Source: Acidobacteriota bacterium
GTDB taxonomy: Bacteria; Acidobacteriota; UBA6911; RPQK01; JAJDTT01
Reading direction: 5' to 3'
Length of the DNA: 64,000 nucleotides
Assembly (NCBI GenBank): GCA_965209055.1
Contig: OZ242374.1
Coordinates: 5,120,001-5,184,000, forward strand
The translations under genes and the position numbers were made by a program. The notes below the pieces were generated by a model. It saw only the letters and a list, made by a program, of their open reading frames with translations. It was not told the DNA's origin and did not search any database. Positions 40,081-49,328 of this stretch are shown piece by piece. Positions within the stretch are counted from its first letter, which is position 1; every line of letters starts with the position of its first letter.

Positions 40081-40860
40081 GTGGCTCGCAGGTTGACACG
40101 CAAGGAGATCGTTCAAGAAGACCGGATCTACTCGGTGCTGAGCGGGATTTCTCAATGGGCGGTGGTCAACCGGACTCCATTGGTGGTGGGGTCCGGAATC
40201 GTCGTGGCGAGCCTGCTGGGATTCTACGTCTGGCAGGGTTACCAGGATAGCGCCAACCAGGAAGCCCAGAAGCTGTTCGCCGAGGCCCTGGACACGTACC
40301 ACGCCCCGGTCAAGGAACTGGCTCCCGATCCCGATACCGACAGTGAAAACCAGAATCAGCCGCCTGAGCCGCCGCCGGAATACCGTTTCGACACCGTTGC
40401 GGAACGGCGGGAAGCTGCCGAAGTGGCGTTCGAGAGAATATCAGACGACTTTTCCGGCACTCGTCTCGGATTCTTCTCCCGTTATTACCTGGGCCTCATC
40501 GGACGCCAGAAGGAAGACGCCGGGGCAGCGCGCCAACACCTGAAATGGGTCGTGGAGAACAGCGGCGACAGCGACGTCAGGAACCTGTCGCGCAACGTCC
40601 TCGCAGACATCGAGCTGGGGGAGGAGAATCACGAAGAGGCCCTGACTTACCTCCAGCAGCTTCTGGGAGATCCCACGCCCCAGGTCCCGGAGCAGACGGT
40701 CCTGATGCGGATCGCCCGGACCCATGAGGCCCTGGGCAATGTCGAGCAGGCTCTGGAGAACTACAGGAAGATCACCAACGACTATCCCACCAGTTCACAG
40801 GCCGAAGAAGCCCAGTCCGAAATCGACCGCCTGGAACCGGCCCCGGTTCCGGAGGCCTGA
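40081..40860 (+). CDS. YfgM-like membrane-anchored TPR protein
   Basis: RLTRKEI N-terminus, one TM helix, TPR helices, YPTS C-terminal motif. Confidence 0.75.
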   Translation: MARRLTRKEIVQEDRIYSVLSGISQWAVVNRTPLVVGSGIVVASLLGFYVWQGYQDSANQEAQKLFAEALDTYHAPVKELAPDPDTDSENQNQPPEPPPEYRFDTVAERREAAEVAFERISDDFSGTRLGFFSRYYLGLIGRQKEDAGAARQHLKWVVENSGDSDVRNLSRNVLADIELGEENHEEALTYLQQLLGDPTPQVPEQTVLMRIARTHEALGNVEQALENYRKITNDYPTSSQAEEAQSEIDRLEPAPVPEA

Positions 40861-40897
40861 CCTCCCTGATCCGGGCCCTCCGGAGCACCGCCGGTGA

Positions 40898-41413
40898 TCA
40901 GTATTTGAGCAGGGAGAAGATCTCCACGCCGGGGATCCTGGTTCTTCCCTGCAGAAACTCCAACTCCACGAGAAAGGCCGCGCCGACCAGGTTTCCCTTC
41001 AGGCGGCGGACCAGCTCGACGGCCGCAGCGGCCGTGCCGCCGGTGGCCATCAGATCGTCCACGATGAGGACCCGCTCTCCGGCTTCGATGGCGTCCTCGT
41101 GGACCTCGATGCGATCCTGTCCGTATTCCAGATCGTAGGCGACCTCGATGGTCCTGGCGGGAAGTTTTCCCGGCTTCCTCACCAGGACGAATCCGGCATC
41201 CAAACGAATTGCCATGGCCGGAGCCAGGATGAATCCCCTCGATTCGATCCCCACCACCTTGTCGATCCCGGCGCCGACATAGGGGTCCACCATAAGATCG
41301 ACGGCTTGACGCAGTCCGTCAGCGTCCTTCAACAGAGTCGTCACGTCATAGAAGAGGATTCCCGCTTTGGGAAAGTCGGGGATCTCCCGGATCTTCTTCT
41401 TCAATTCTTCCAC
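40898..41413 (-). CDS. apt: Adenine phosphoribosyltransferase
   Basis: IPDFPKAGILFYD, ESRGF, RKPGKLP, LEYG, VDDLMATGGT. Confidence 0.96.
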   Translation of the reverse strand: MEELKKKIREIPDFPKAGILFYDVTTLLKDADGLRQAVDLMVDPYVGAGIDKVVGIESRGFILAPAMAIRLDAGFVLVRKPGKLPARTIEVAYDLEYGQDRIEVHEDAIEAGERVLIVDDLMATGGTAAAAVELVRRLKGNLVGAAFLVELEFLQGRTRIPGVEIFSLLKY

Positions 41414-41416
41414 GGC

Positions 41417-41695
41417 TCACCTCTCAATGGAAAAGTTCAAGAAAGGGCCCGGCGAGACCTTGTTCCACTCCAGGCCCAGAACCCGGGCAAAGAACGGCCC
41501 TGTCCGCAGTTGAGCTTCGAACTCCTTCAAGGTGGTGGCCTCGGCCTCGGCGTGGACCTCCACGTCTCCGTCGTCCCGGTTTCGGACCCAACCGGTCACG
41601 CCCAGGCGCTGGGCCGACCGGTATGTGAAATACCGAAAACCCACGCCCTGGACCCGGCCCGTCAATCGATACCGTCGAGCAGCCATGACATTCAT
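41417..41695 (-). CDS. acyP: Acylphosphatase
   Basis: GRVQGVGFR, GWVRN, GDVE. Confidence 0.92.
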   Translation of the reverse strand: MNVMAARRYRLTGRVQGVGFRYFTYRSAQRLGVTGWVRNRDDGDVEVHAEAEATTLKEFEAQLRTGPFFARVLGLEWNKVSPGPFLNFSIER

Positions 41696-41759
41696 CCGTA
41701 GTTCGCCCGTGCTTGTGTCGAGCGACCATGAGAAAAGCCTTCGGTAACCAGATTGTGTC

Positions 41760-41836
<77 letters not shown>

Positions 41837-41850
41837 AGGCAGGAGAAAGG

Positions 41851-42516
41851 CTAATAAATAGCATATTTCAAGAGCAGGAATCCACCGATCAGCAGGACCG
41901 TGAAGACCACGGTCAGCCAACTGAAATAGGAATCGATGAACCGCTTGACCCCGGGACCGAAGCGGTAAATCAGGGCGCCGACCAGCAGGAATCGAGCTCC
42001 CCGGCTGACGGCCGAAACCAGTACGAAGGTCGGAAAATCGATTCGGAAAGCCCCCGCCGCGATGGTGAAGACCTTGTACGGAAGCGGGGTGAACCCGGCG
42101 ACGAAGATGGCGACGGCGTCCCATTCCCGGTACAGGGCCTGGACCTCCATGTACGCGCTCTGGGCGCTGTAGACCTCGATGATGGGCCGGCCCACCAACT
42201 CGTAGGAGTACAGGCCGAGAGCGTAGCCCAGCGCGCCCCCCGCCACCGACCCGGCCGTGCAGATGGCCGCGAATCCCAACGCCCTGCCGGGGGCCCCCAA
42301 TGCCAGGGCGATCAGCAGCACGTCGGGAGGAACCGGAAAGAAGGAGGACTCGGCGAATGCGATCAGAAACAGGATGGCGGCGGCATACCGCCGGTCGGCC
42401 AACGAGAGGACCCAATCGTAGAGGCCGCGGATGATGCTCAGCGGCCGGGACACGACCCCGCCCGGCGTGCCACCGGAATCCGAGGAGACATTTACCGGGA
42501 GTTCCTGCTTGCGCAT
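41851..42516 (-). CDS. YqaA/DedA family membrane protein
   Basis: [35 protein letters not shown]. Confidence 0.9.
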   Translation of the reverse strand: MRKQELPVNVSSDSGGTPGGVVSRPLSIIRGLYDWVLSLADRRYAAAILFLIAFAESSFFPVPPDVLLIALALGAPGRALGFAAICTAGSVAGGALGYALGLYSYELVGRPIIEVYSAQSAYMEVQALYREWDAVAIFVAGFTPLPYKVFTIAAGAFRIDFPTFVLVSAVSRGARFLLVGALIYRFGPGVKRFIDSYFSWLTVVFTVLLIGGFLLLKYAIY

Positions 42517-42645
42517 ATCTCACGCCCGTGGAGACGCCACCGAACCGGGTGGATTATACCCGGAACGCGCGGGTACAGTGGGTCCGGGACGGCGGGAAAG
42601 ACCGGAAGCGGCTGGCGGCTGGAGAGTTCGGCGAGGTCACCACCG

Positions 42646-44367
42646 ATGGCGACGGGAACCGATCTGGAAACAATCCTCAGACGGATCGACGGCCGCGGCT
42701 ACAAGGCTTACCGGGCCATCCGGGGAACCTACGATCTGGACGGGTTCCGGCTCTCGGTGGACCATGTTCAAGGGGACCCGTTTGCCGCGCCCTCCCGGAT
42801 GAGCGTGCGCGTGGAGTCAGGCCGAGCCGGCTTTCCCGATTTCCTGAGCGCCGGCCGGATTCGGCGCATCGCCTGGGCCGACTTCCTGACTCGTGCCTTT
42901 CATCGAGCCATCCGCGTCACCGCCGTCGGACGCCGGGGCACCGGACGCAGTGGCCTCTTCGAGATCGACCGCGGGCACCAGGAGGTCCTGGAAGCCAACA
43001 GTGTCGTCATCCACCGCGGATTCCTGGAGGCGCGTTTCACCACCGGCCTTCCCGCCGCCGGGCGGTCGATCCGTGGCCGCCAAGCGGCTGAGATGCTGCT
43101 TTCGGAACTCCCCCGGATCGTTCGCCGGTCCCTCTTCTACGCCCGGCTTCCCCGGGAGGAGCTCCGGCGGCAGGTCCAGGTCGTGGAAGATCAGGACGCG
43201 CTCCGCAACCAGCTCGAGGAGCGGGGACTCGTGGCCTTCGTGGCCAACGGGTCCTCCCTGCCCCGGCGAAGCGGCGTGGACGATCGCCCTCTCGTTCCCA
43301 CTCCCGCGCAACCGGTGATCGATTTCCGGTCTCCCTCGAGCCTGGAAGTCGAACTCGATAGGCCAAACGGAGGACCGGTCCGGGGAATGGGCCTGAGACC
43401 GGGCGTTACCCTTATCGTAGGAGGGGGCTTCCACGGCAAGACCACCCTGCTGAACGCGCTGGAGCGGGGGGTCTACAACCAGATTCACGGCGACGGCCGA
43501 GAGGGTGTGGTCACCATCGAGTCCGCCCTCAAGATACGGGCAGAAGATGGACGCTACGTGGAGAGGGTCGACCTGTCTCCCTTCATTCGAAATCTTCCGC
43601 TGGGCCGGGAAACGGTCAACTTCTCCACAGACAATGCGTCCGGGTCAACGTCCCAGGCGGCCGGCATCGTGGAGGCCCTGGAGATGGGTTCCCGGCTCCT
43701 GCTCATGGACGAGGACACCTCGGCCACCAACTTCATCATCCGGGATGCCCGGATGCAGGCGTTGGTGGCCAAGCCCAAAGAGCCCATCACCCCCTTCATC
43801 GACAAGGTCCGGCAAATGTACCGGGACTATGGCGTCTCGACGATACTGGTCATGGGCGGGTCCGGAGACTATTTCGACGTGGCCGACTCGGTGGTGATGA
43901 TGGACGAGTACCGTCCCCGGGATGTCGGCGGCCAGGCCCGATCCATCGTCGCGGCACAGCCCAGCCGGCGCTTGCGCGAGGGAGGCGACCGCTTCGGGCG
44001 GGTGCTCCAACGCCGTCCCCGGGCCCGCAGCTTCGACGCCAGGCGGGGAAGGCGAGCTGTCAAGATCGATGCCAGGGGATTGCGAAAACTCCACTACGGC
44101 CGCACCGACGTCGATCTGTCCGCCTTGGAGCAACTGGTGGACTCCTCGCAGACCCGGACCATCGGACTCGCCATCCACCATATGGCGACTCGCTGCTTCA
44201 CGGACGACCTGACCCTGGAGCAGGCTCTCGCCCGGCTCGTCAAAGATCTGGATGCCGGGGGTTTGGACATCCTGTCTCCGTTCAAGGTGGGCAACCTGGC
44301 CCGTCCCCGGCACTACGAGGTCGCCATGGCCCTTAACCGGATGCGGACCCTCTCGGTCCGGGCCTGA
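42646..44367 (+). CDS. Uncharacterised ABC-class ATPase (ABC_ATPase / MRB1590-like family)
   Basis: DHVQGDPFAAPS, GGGFHGKTT Walker A, ASGSTSQAA, LMDEDTSATNF, NRMR C-terminus. Confidence 0.88.
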   Translation: MATGTDLETILRRIDGRGYKAYRAIRGTYDLDGFRLSVDHVQGDPFAAPSRMSVRVESGRAGFPDFLSAGRIRRIAWADFLTRAFHRAIRVTAVGRRGTGRSGLFEIDRGHQEVLEANSVVIHRGFLEARFTTGLPAAGRSIRGRQAAEMLLSELPRIVRRSLFYARLPREELRRQVQVVEDQDALRNQLEERGLVAFVANGSSLPRRSGVDDRPLVPTPAQPVIDFRSPSSLEVELDRPNGGPVRGMGLRPGVTLIVGGGFHGKTTLLNALERGVYNQIHGDGREGVVTIESALKIRAEDGRYVERVDLSPFIRNLPLGRETVNFSTDNASGSTSQAAGIVEALEMGSRLLLMDEDTSATNFIIRDARMQALVAKPKEPITPFIDKVRQMYRDYGVSTILVMGGSGDYFDVADSVVMMDEYRPRDVGGQARSIVAAQPSRRLREGGDRFGRVLQRRPRARSFDARRGRRAVKIDARGLRKLHYGRTDVDLSALEQLVDSSQTRTIGLAIHHMATRCFTDDLTLEQALARLVKDLDAGGLDILSPFKVGNLARPRHYEVAMALNRMRTLSVRA

Positions 44368-44439
44368 TCAGAAACAGCTTGAGGCCCAATTGGATGTGCC
44401 GCGGTTCACCCGCAGAAAGGATCCGGCCGAAGGTGGGCG
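44313..44439 (+). repeat. Left copy of a ~128-bp imperfect direct repeat (partner 45944-46072)
   Basis: CTACGAGGTCGCCATGGCCCTTAACCGG...GATCCGGCCGAAGGTGGGCG; 10 substitutions and a 2-nt indel relative to the right copy. Confidence 0.92.
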
Positions 44440-44443
44440 CAGC

Positions 44444-44524
44444 GGAAATAATGGCAAGTGAAATAATGGGGACAGTCTGTTTTTCCTCAAGAAGGGGACA
44501 GTCTGCTTTTTCCTGCTTTTTCCC
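44444..44524 (-). repeat. Left-end motif array
   Basis: GAAATAATGG twice, GGGGACAGTCTG at 44468 and 44494, (C/T)TTTTCC runs three times. Confidence 0.85.
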
Positions 44525-44623
44525 AATTTCCTTCGCCGTTTCCAGTTCTGAGTCGTTGTTTTCATCAGGGACGTGAACCGACGCCCCATCGTGCCCGAGT
44601 CGGTTGAACCGAGTATCGTAGCC

Positions 44624-45559
44624 ATGGCCCGAACCGCACGACACAAAAGCCCGGACGCCGCCTTCTACCACATCACCAATCGTGTCACCGGCTCGCCCGA
44701 TTGGTTCCCCTTCGAAGACCCGCAAGCCCGTCAGAAACTCCTGGACATGATTTTGTTCTACGTCAACGCCTACCGGTGCCGTCTGGCCGCATTCCAGATC
44801 ATGGGCAACCATTACCACTTCATCGTCCATTTTGAAAAACCCCGCCCCTTGTCCCGACAGGAGTTGAAGGAGAGCGCCCACAAGCTTTATGGACGAAAGA
44901 CCGAGAAAAATACCGCCGATTGGACCGACGCCGATTGGAAGACGTTCAATGAGCGTCTCTTTGACGTGTCCAAACTGATGGCGAACGTGGGCGGGTTCTA
45001 TGCCCGGTGGTACAACCGCACGTTTCGACGGCGGGGCCACTTGTGGGGTGACCGGTTCAAGAACCCGGAGCTAATGGGACTTGAAGCCGTGCAGGACGCC
45101 GTCCTTTACGTGGAACTCAATGCCGTCCGGGCCGGAATGGTCAACCGGCCCGAGCAGTGGAAGTGGGGCTCGGCCCGCTGGAGAGTCACCGGCCAGGATC
45201 AGGACCTGATTCCCCTGGAGGAACTGTTCCCGCCGGCTCCGGGAACCGATGTCTACGGCAGTTACCGGGCTCGCTTGTACTATCGAGGCGCCGTCCCCAC
45301 CCGGGACAACCAGGCGGCGATCCCCGGGTGGATTGTCCTTCAGGAGCAGCGCCGTGGCTTTACCCGCGCCGGGGCTTTTCGCCGGCGTTTGCGATTCCTG
45401 ACGGACGGAATAGCCGTCGGGCCGGCGGAGAAGGTGGCGCAGCTGCTGGAGGCCTATCGGCAGCAAGGTCGATATCGACGTCGCCGACACCCCATTCCCC
45501 AACTGGACGGAGTGCTGTATTCCCTGCGAGAGCAACGCTCAAACGCGTTTGTCACGTAG
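44624..45559 (+). CDS. REP-associated tyrosine transposase-like HUH endonuclease (Y1_Tnp) with C-terminal extension
   Basis: MARTAR..FYHITNR, MGNHYHF (HUH), YNRTFRRRGHLWGDRF, YVELNAVRAGMVNRPEQWKWGS. Confidence 0.9.
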   Translation: MARTARHKSPDAAFYHITNRVTGSPDWFPFEDPQARQKLLDMILFYVNAYRCRLAAFQIMGNHYHFIVHFEKPRPLSRQELKESAHKLYGRKTEKNTADWTDADWKTFNERLFDVSKLMANVGGFYARWYNRTFRRRGHLWGDRFKNPELMGLEAVQDAVLYVELNAVRAGMVNRPEQWKWGSARWRVTGQDQDLIPLEELFPPAPGTDVYGSYRARLYYRGAVPTRDNQAAIPGWIVLQEQRRGFTRAGAFRRRLRFLTDGIAVGPAEKVAQLLEAYRQQGRYRRRRHPIPQLDGVLYSLREQRSNAFVT

Positions 45560-45784
45560 ACTCGCCCGATCGCCGATCCTTCCACCGGAGCACCGAACGC
45601 CTCAAATCATGAAACTACTCAATACCCGTGGGCTCTTCCCAAATTTCTGACGGTTCAGGAGAACAGGGAAGCAGAGTTCAATAAGGATCGCGAAAAGGCG
45701 GCCCGTTCCCGATGGCACCATCAATCAAGAGCTCCGCGATCCCATCCGTAATCGCGTAGAAACGAATCTCGCGAATGCCTTTGC

Positions 45785-45943
45785 GGGAATCGAGACGACT
45801 GCAACAATCGGGACTGTCCCTTTGTTCCGGGGAATAGAAACTGTCCCTTTATGTTGGGAAATCGAGACCGCTCGGAAATCGAGACTGTCCCTTTAATACG
45901 CTCGGAAATCGTACGCGGAAATCGAGACTGTCCCTTTACTACG
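45785..45943 (+). repeat. Right-end motif array, consensus GGAAATCGAGACTGTCCCTTT
   Basis: ACTGTCCCTTT at 45813, 45840, 45884 and 45927; truncated GGAA(A)TCG(AGAC) copies at about 45786, 45857 and 45904. Confidence 0.88.
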
Positions 45944-46072
45944 CTACGAGGTCGCCATGGCCCTTAACCGGATGCGGAACCTCTCGGTCCAGTCCTGATC
46001 AGAACAACAGCTTGAGGCCCAACTGGATGTGGCGGGGCTCTCCCGCCGAGAGGATCCGGCCGAAGGTGGGCG
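45944..46072 (+). repeat. Right copy of the ~128-bp direct repeat
   Basis: Matches 44313-44439 and contains the real 3' end of the TonB receptor gene. Confidence 0.92.
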
Positions 46073-49000
46073 AGCCCAGAAAGAGATCCGGGAGGTGCAG
46101 ATTGGGCCGGTTGAAGAGGTTGAAGAACTCGGCCCGGAACTGGACCGTGGCCTCCTCGGAAATCTTCGTATCCCGCACCAACGAAAGGTCCACCGTTGCG
46201 TATCCCGGTCCTTCGAGAATGTTCCTTCCCGAGTTGCCGAAACTGCCATAGCTGGGAAAAACGAAGGCCCGGGTGTCGAACCACCGATCCGGACCGGGAT
46301 TGGAGATGGTCCCGGTGGCCGTGCGATGAGGCCGGTCGTTGGCGCCGAAGCCCAGAATCGACCGTCCGGTGTTGCTGTTGTCGATCTCCGGAAGCAGGGC
46401 CACGGTGAACGGATGACCCGTCTGGAAGGTCAGGATCCCGAAGCTCTGCCAGTTGGAGAGGAGACTGGAGAGAATTCCCAGATCCCCCAGGAACGACCGG
46501 CCCCGGCCCACCGGAATCTCCCAGGAATAGCTCACCGAGAGCCGATGGGTCAGGTCGAAGTTGGACCGCGCCCGCTCCGTCCCGACGTTCGAGCTGTCCT
46601 GGGGAAAGTTGGGATCACCGGTGCTGGAAAAGAAGCTGGACGAGTCATCGATGGACTTGGCCCAACTGTAGGAGGCCAGCAGCGAAAACCCGGAACTCAA
46701 CCGGCGGTTGAACCGCGCCTGGAGCGAGTGATAGCTGGAGTTCCCGCGCGACTCCAGCATGTTGATGTCATCGAACTGCGGGATCGGCCGGCGATAGCGC
46801 CCCACGGGACTGGGATTCGGCTGGTTGAAGTCGCGCGCCGTCAGGAGCTTGGCCCCCTTGGACCCCACGTAGCCCACCTCGATCATCTGCCGGGTTCCCA
46901 GCTCCCGCTGCAGATTCAGGTTCCAGTGCTGGCTGTAGGCCTGGGCCAGGTCCCGCTGGTAAAAGAGGACCGACGGGGGGATTCGATAAGGGTAGTTTTG
47001 AGGAAAGGGATCATACAGCGTCAACAGCCGTTCGGGCAGCGGGAAGTAGAGGCGGAAATCGAAATACGGCGGATTGAAGTAAAGGCCTTCGCCAGGCGCC
47101 AGGGGCGATTGGTCGTAGAAAACCCCGTACCCCGTCCGGAGCACCAGGCGTCCGCCCCGGTCCAGTCCCCAGGCCAGTCCGATCCGGGGAGCCCAGTTGT
47201 TCCGGTCGGGCAGATACCCGCCCCGGGGCACGCCGCCGCTTCCGACGCCGACCAGCGTTCCGCTCTCCGGATCGTAGACGTTGGCCCGATCGTCCTTGTC
47301 GACGGGCGGTGAGTTGTACTCATAGCGCACGCCCAGAGCCAGCGTCAGGTTGGGCCTCAACTTGAAATGGTCCTGAATGAAGAAGCTGTAGCTTCGGTTG
47401 CGAAGGTGCTGGGGATTGTCGAGCCGCGCCACGCCCGTCAGCGAGGGCAGTCCCAGGAGCAGATCGGCCAAGCCGTTTTCCGTGATTCCGGTCTGGCCCA
47501 CGAAGTTGAGAAAGCCGCGGGACTGGACGTCCCGGTAGGCGTCCTGCCGGACGATCCGGACATCCCCGCCCACTTGCCAGAGATGTTTGCCGCTGGCGTA
47601 GGTGGAATGGTTCAGAATCTGAAAGGTGTCCGACGCGCTGTGCTGAGGGTTGTTGTATTCGTCCCCCAAAGACGAAAACCCGGAGACGGTGATGAGACTC
47701 ATCCCCAGATCGCGGGGACGGTCGGAGAGATCGGGCAAACCCAATTCGGAGTTGATGCTCCGGCCCATGTTCTCGTGGAAAGCGCCGGCTGCAACCCGGT
47801 TGAAGGCGAAACGCACCTGATTCAGGAAGCGGGAGGTGAAGGCATGCGATTCGCTGACGACCAGATTCTGGGCGCGCCTGGGGACGTTGGTTCCGTATCC
47901 GGGCACGGCTGAGAAGAGGGGCCCGGAAAAGGGATCGAAGAGGTCCCGGTCGCCGAAACTGTAGCGAATTGCCAGGTTCGAGGACGAACTCGCGGCGTGA
48001 TCGATCCTCACGTCGAAATGGTCGTCCCGATCCTCCAGGGTGGGCGAAGAGACGAAGTTGGGACCCTCCCCCGAGCGGTTGGGGTCGGGATAGAGCTGAG
48101 CGATGGCGCGGCCCGTGGGATGCATCCAGAAGGTGGGGATCGCGTTTCCGGGAAACGGCTGGCGGGTCAACGGATTCACGGGCAACGGACCTGAGGAGCC
48201 GGAAAAATCGCCCGAACGCTCGGCGAGAGTGGGGACCGTGGTGCCCCGGGTGACTCCCTGCCGAACCCGCCGTCCTTCGTAGTCGGCAAAGAAGAACGTC
48301 CGGTTCCGGACCACGGGCCCTCCCAGCGAGAACCCGAACTGGCTTCTCCGATACTCCGGGTCCGGCCCCTGAGGCAATGAGAAGTAGTTCCGGGCATCCA
48401 GAGCCGCGTTCCGGAAGAAACCGTAGACGGTTCCATGGAACCGGTTGCCGCCCGACTTGGTCACGACATTGATCTGACTGCCCACGTTTCGTCCGAACGA
48501 GGCGTCGTAGGTGCCCATGAGCACTTCGAACTCCCGGATAGCGTCGACGGGAGGGTTGACGCCGACCCCGTTGAGCTTGGGGTCTCCGTTGTAGACGCCG
48601 TCCAACAGAAAACTGTTGGACGCCTCGCGCTGCCCGTTGATGTTCAACGCGAAGTCGCCGCGGACCGAACCGGCCGATCCGGGCGCGGCGGGTGCGCTCC
48701 CCGGGAGCAGCAGGCTCAACTCGAAGAAGTTCCTCCCATCCAGTGGGAGGCCCGCGACCTGTGAGTTCTCGATGACGCTTCCCAACGCCAATGAGTCCCG
48801 CTTGAGCCACCCGCGGCTCTCCACGACCAATACCTCCTCGGTCAGTTCGCCCGGCTGCAGCGTTACTCGAAGCTCCAACCGCTCGTTGACCCGCAGGGAG
48901 AACTTCTCCACATGCTTCCGGTAGCCGGCGTGGGCGATCTCCAGACGGTAGGTTCCGGACGTAAGAAGCGGGATCAGCAGGTGGCCGTCCCGGTCGGCGA

Positions 49001-49193
49001 CTCCGGTTCGCCGGCGGTTTGTTTCCTCTTGGACCACCTCGGCAGCGGCTCCCTCCACAGGACCGGTTCCGTCCCCGATCAGCAGCCTCAGCGAGCCTTC
49101 AACGGTCTGGCCGTGAAGCGTACCCCCGGCGCAGAGCAGGAGAATCAGGATCAACTCGGTTCGATGTTTCAGTCCCAATGGCATGGATTCCAT
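45999..49193 (-). CDS. Oar-like TonB-dependent receptor with carboxypeptidase-regulatory-like N-terminal domain
   Basis: Signal peptide, LPLDGRNFFEL, VTKSGGNRFHG, FIQDHFKLRPNLTLALGVRYEY, FRAEFFNLFN, terminal Phe. Confidence 0.92.
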   Translation of the reverse strand: MESMPLGLKHRTELILILLLCAGGTLHGQTVEGSLRLLIGDGTGPVEGAAAEVVQEETNRRRTGVADRDGHLLIPLLTSGTYRLEIAHAGYRKHVEKFSLRVNERLELRVTLQPGELTEEVLVVESRGWLKRDSLALGSVIENSQVAGLPLDGRNFFELSLLLPGSAPAAPGSAGSVRGDFALNINGQREASNSFLLDGVYNGDPKLNGVGVNPPVDAIREFEVLMGTYDASFGRNVGSQINVVTKSGGNRFHGTVYGFFRNAALDARNYFSLPQGPDPEYRRSQFGFSLGGPVVRNRTFFFADYEGRRVRQGVTRGTTVPTLAERSGDFSGSSGPLPVNPLTRQPFPGNAIPTFWMHPTGRAIAQLYPDPNRSGEGPNFVSSPTLEDRDDHFDVRIDHAASSSSNLAIRYSFGDRDLFDPFSGPLFSAVPGYGTNVPRRAQNLVVSESHAFTSRFLNQVRFAFNRVAAGAFHENMGRSINSELGLPDLSDRPRDLGMSLITVSGFSSLGDEYNNPQHSASDTFQILNHSTYASGKHLWQVGGDVRIVRQDAYRDVQSRGFLNFVGQTGITENGLADLLLGLPSLTGVARLDNPQHLRNRSYSFFIQDHFKLRPNLTLALGVRYEYNSPPVDKDDRANVYDPESGTLVGVGSGGVPRGGYLPDRNNWAPRIGLAWGLDRGGRLVLRTGYGVFYDQSPLAPGEGLYFNPPYFDFRLYFPLPERLLTLYDPFPQNYPYRIPPSVLFYQRDLAQAYSQHWNLNLQRELGTRQMIEVGYVGSKGAKLLTARDFNQPNPSPVGRYRRPIPQFDDINMLESRGNSSYHSLQARFNRRLSSGFSLLASYSWAKSIDDSSSFFSSTGDPNFPQDSSNVGTERARSNFDLTHRLSVSYSWEIPVGRGRSFLGDLGILSSLLSNWQSFGILTFQTGHPFTVALLPEIDNSNTGRSILGFGANDRPHRTATGTISNPGPDRWFDTRAFVFPSYGSFGNSGRNILEGPGYATVDLSLVRDTKISEEATVQFRAEFFNLFNRPNLHLPDLFLGSPTFGRILSAGEPRHIQLGLKLLF

Positions 49194-49328
49194 CCAACGT
49201 TCGGGTAGCCGGTCGAGGCGGGCTCATGTTACCAGCCCGTCCCCGAAGTCTCCACGCGGAAACGAATTGCGCCCACCGGAATTTCCACATCTTGCAGCGG
49301 GGACCGGCCCCGGCGTAATCTTCTTCCC

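Larger units (their letters stand above)
44440..45943 (+). mobile_element. RAYT/HUH-Y1 element with inverted subterminal motif arrays
   Basis: Transposase gene; GGGGACAGTCTG twice at the left end, ACTGTCCCTTT four times at the right end; AT-richer ends; bounded by a long direct repeat. Confidence 0.85.

Noticed and set aside
44333-45040. 235-aa minus-strand ORF ending in a TonB-like C-terminus
   Set aside because: It is the antisense of the transposase read through the end array into the duplicated fragment.
45785-45943. CRISPR array interpretation of the short repeats (also 32357-32458)
   Set aside because: Units are irregular and often truncated, spacers are only a few nt, and no cas genes are present.
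44313-46072. Diversity-generating retroelement TR/VR pair (120-130 bp imperfect repeats at a gene 3' end)
   Set aside because: No reverse transcriptase in the window; differences are not confined to adenines and are largely synonymous, the opposite of DGR output.
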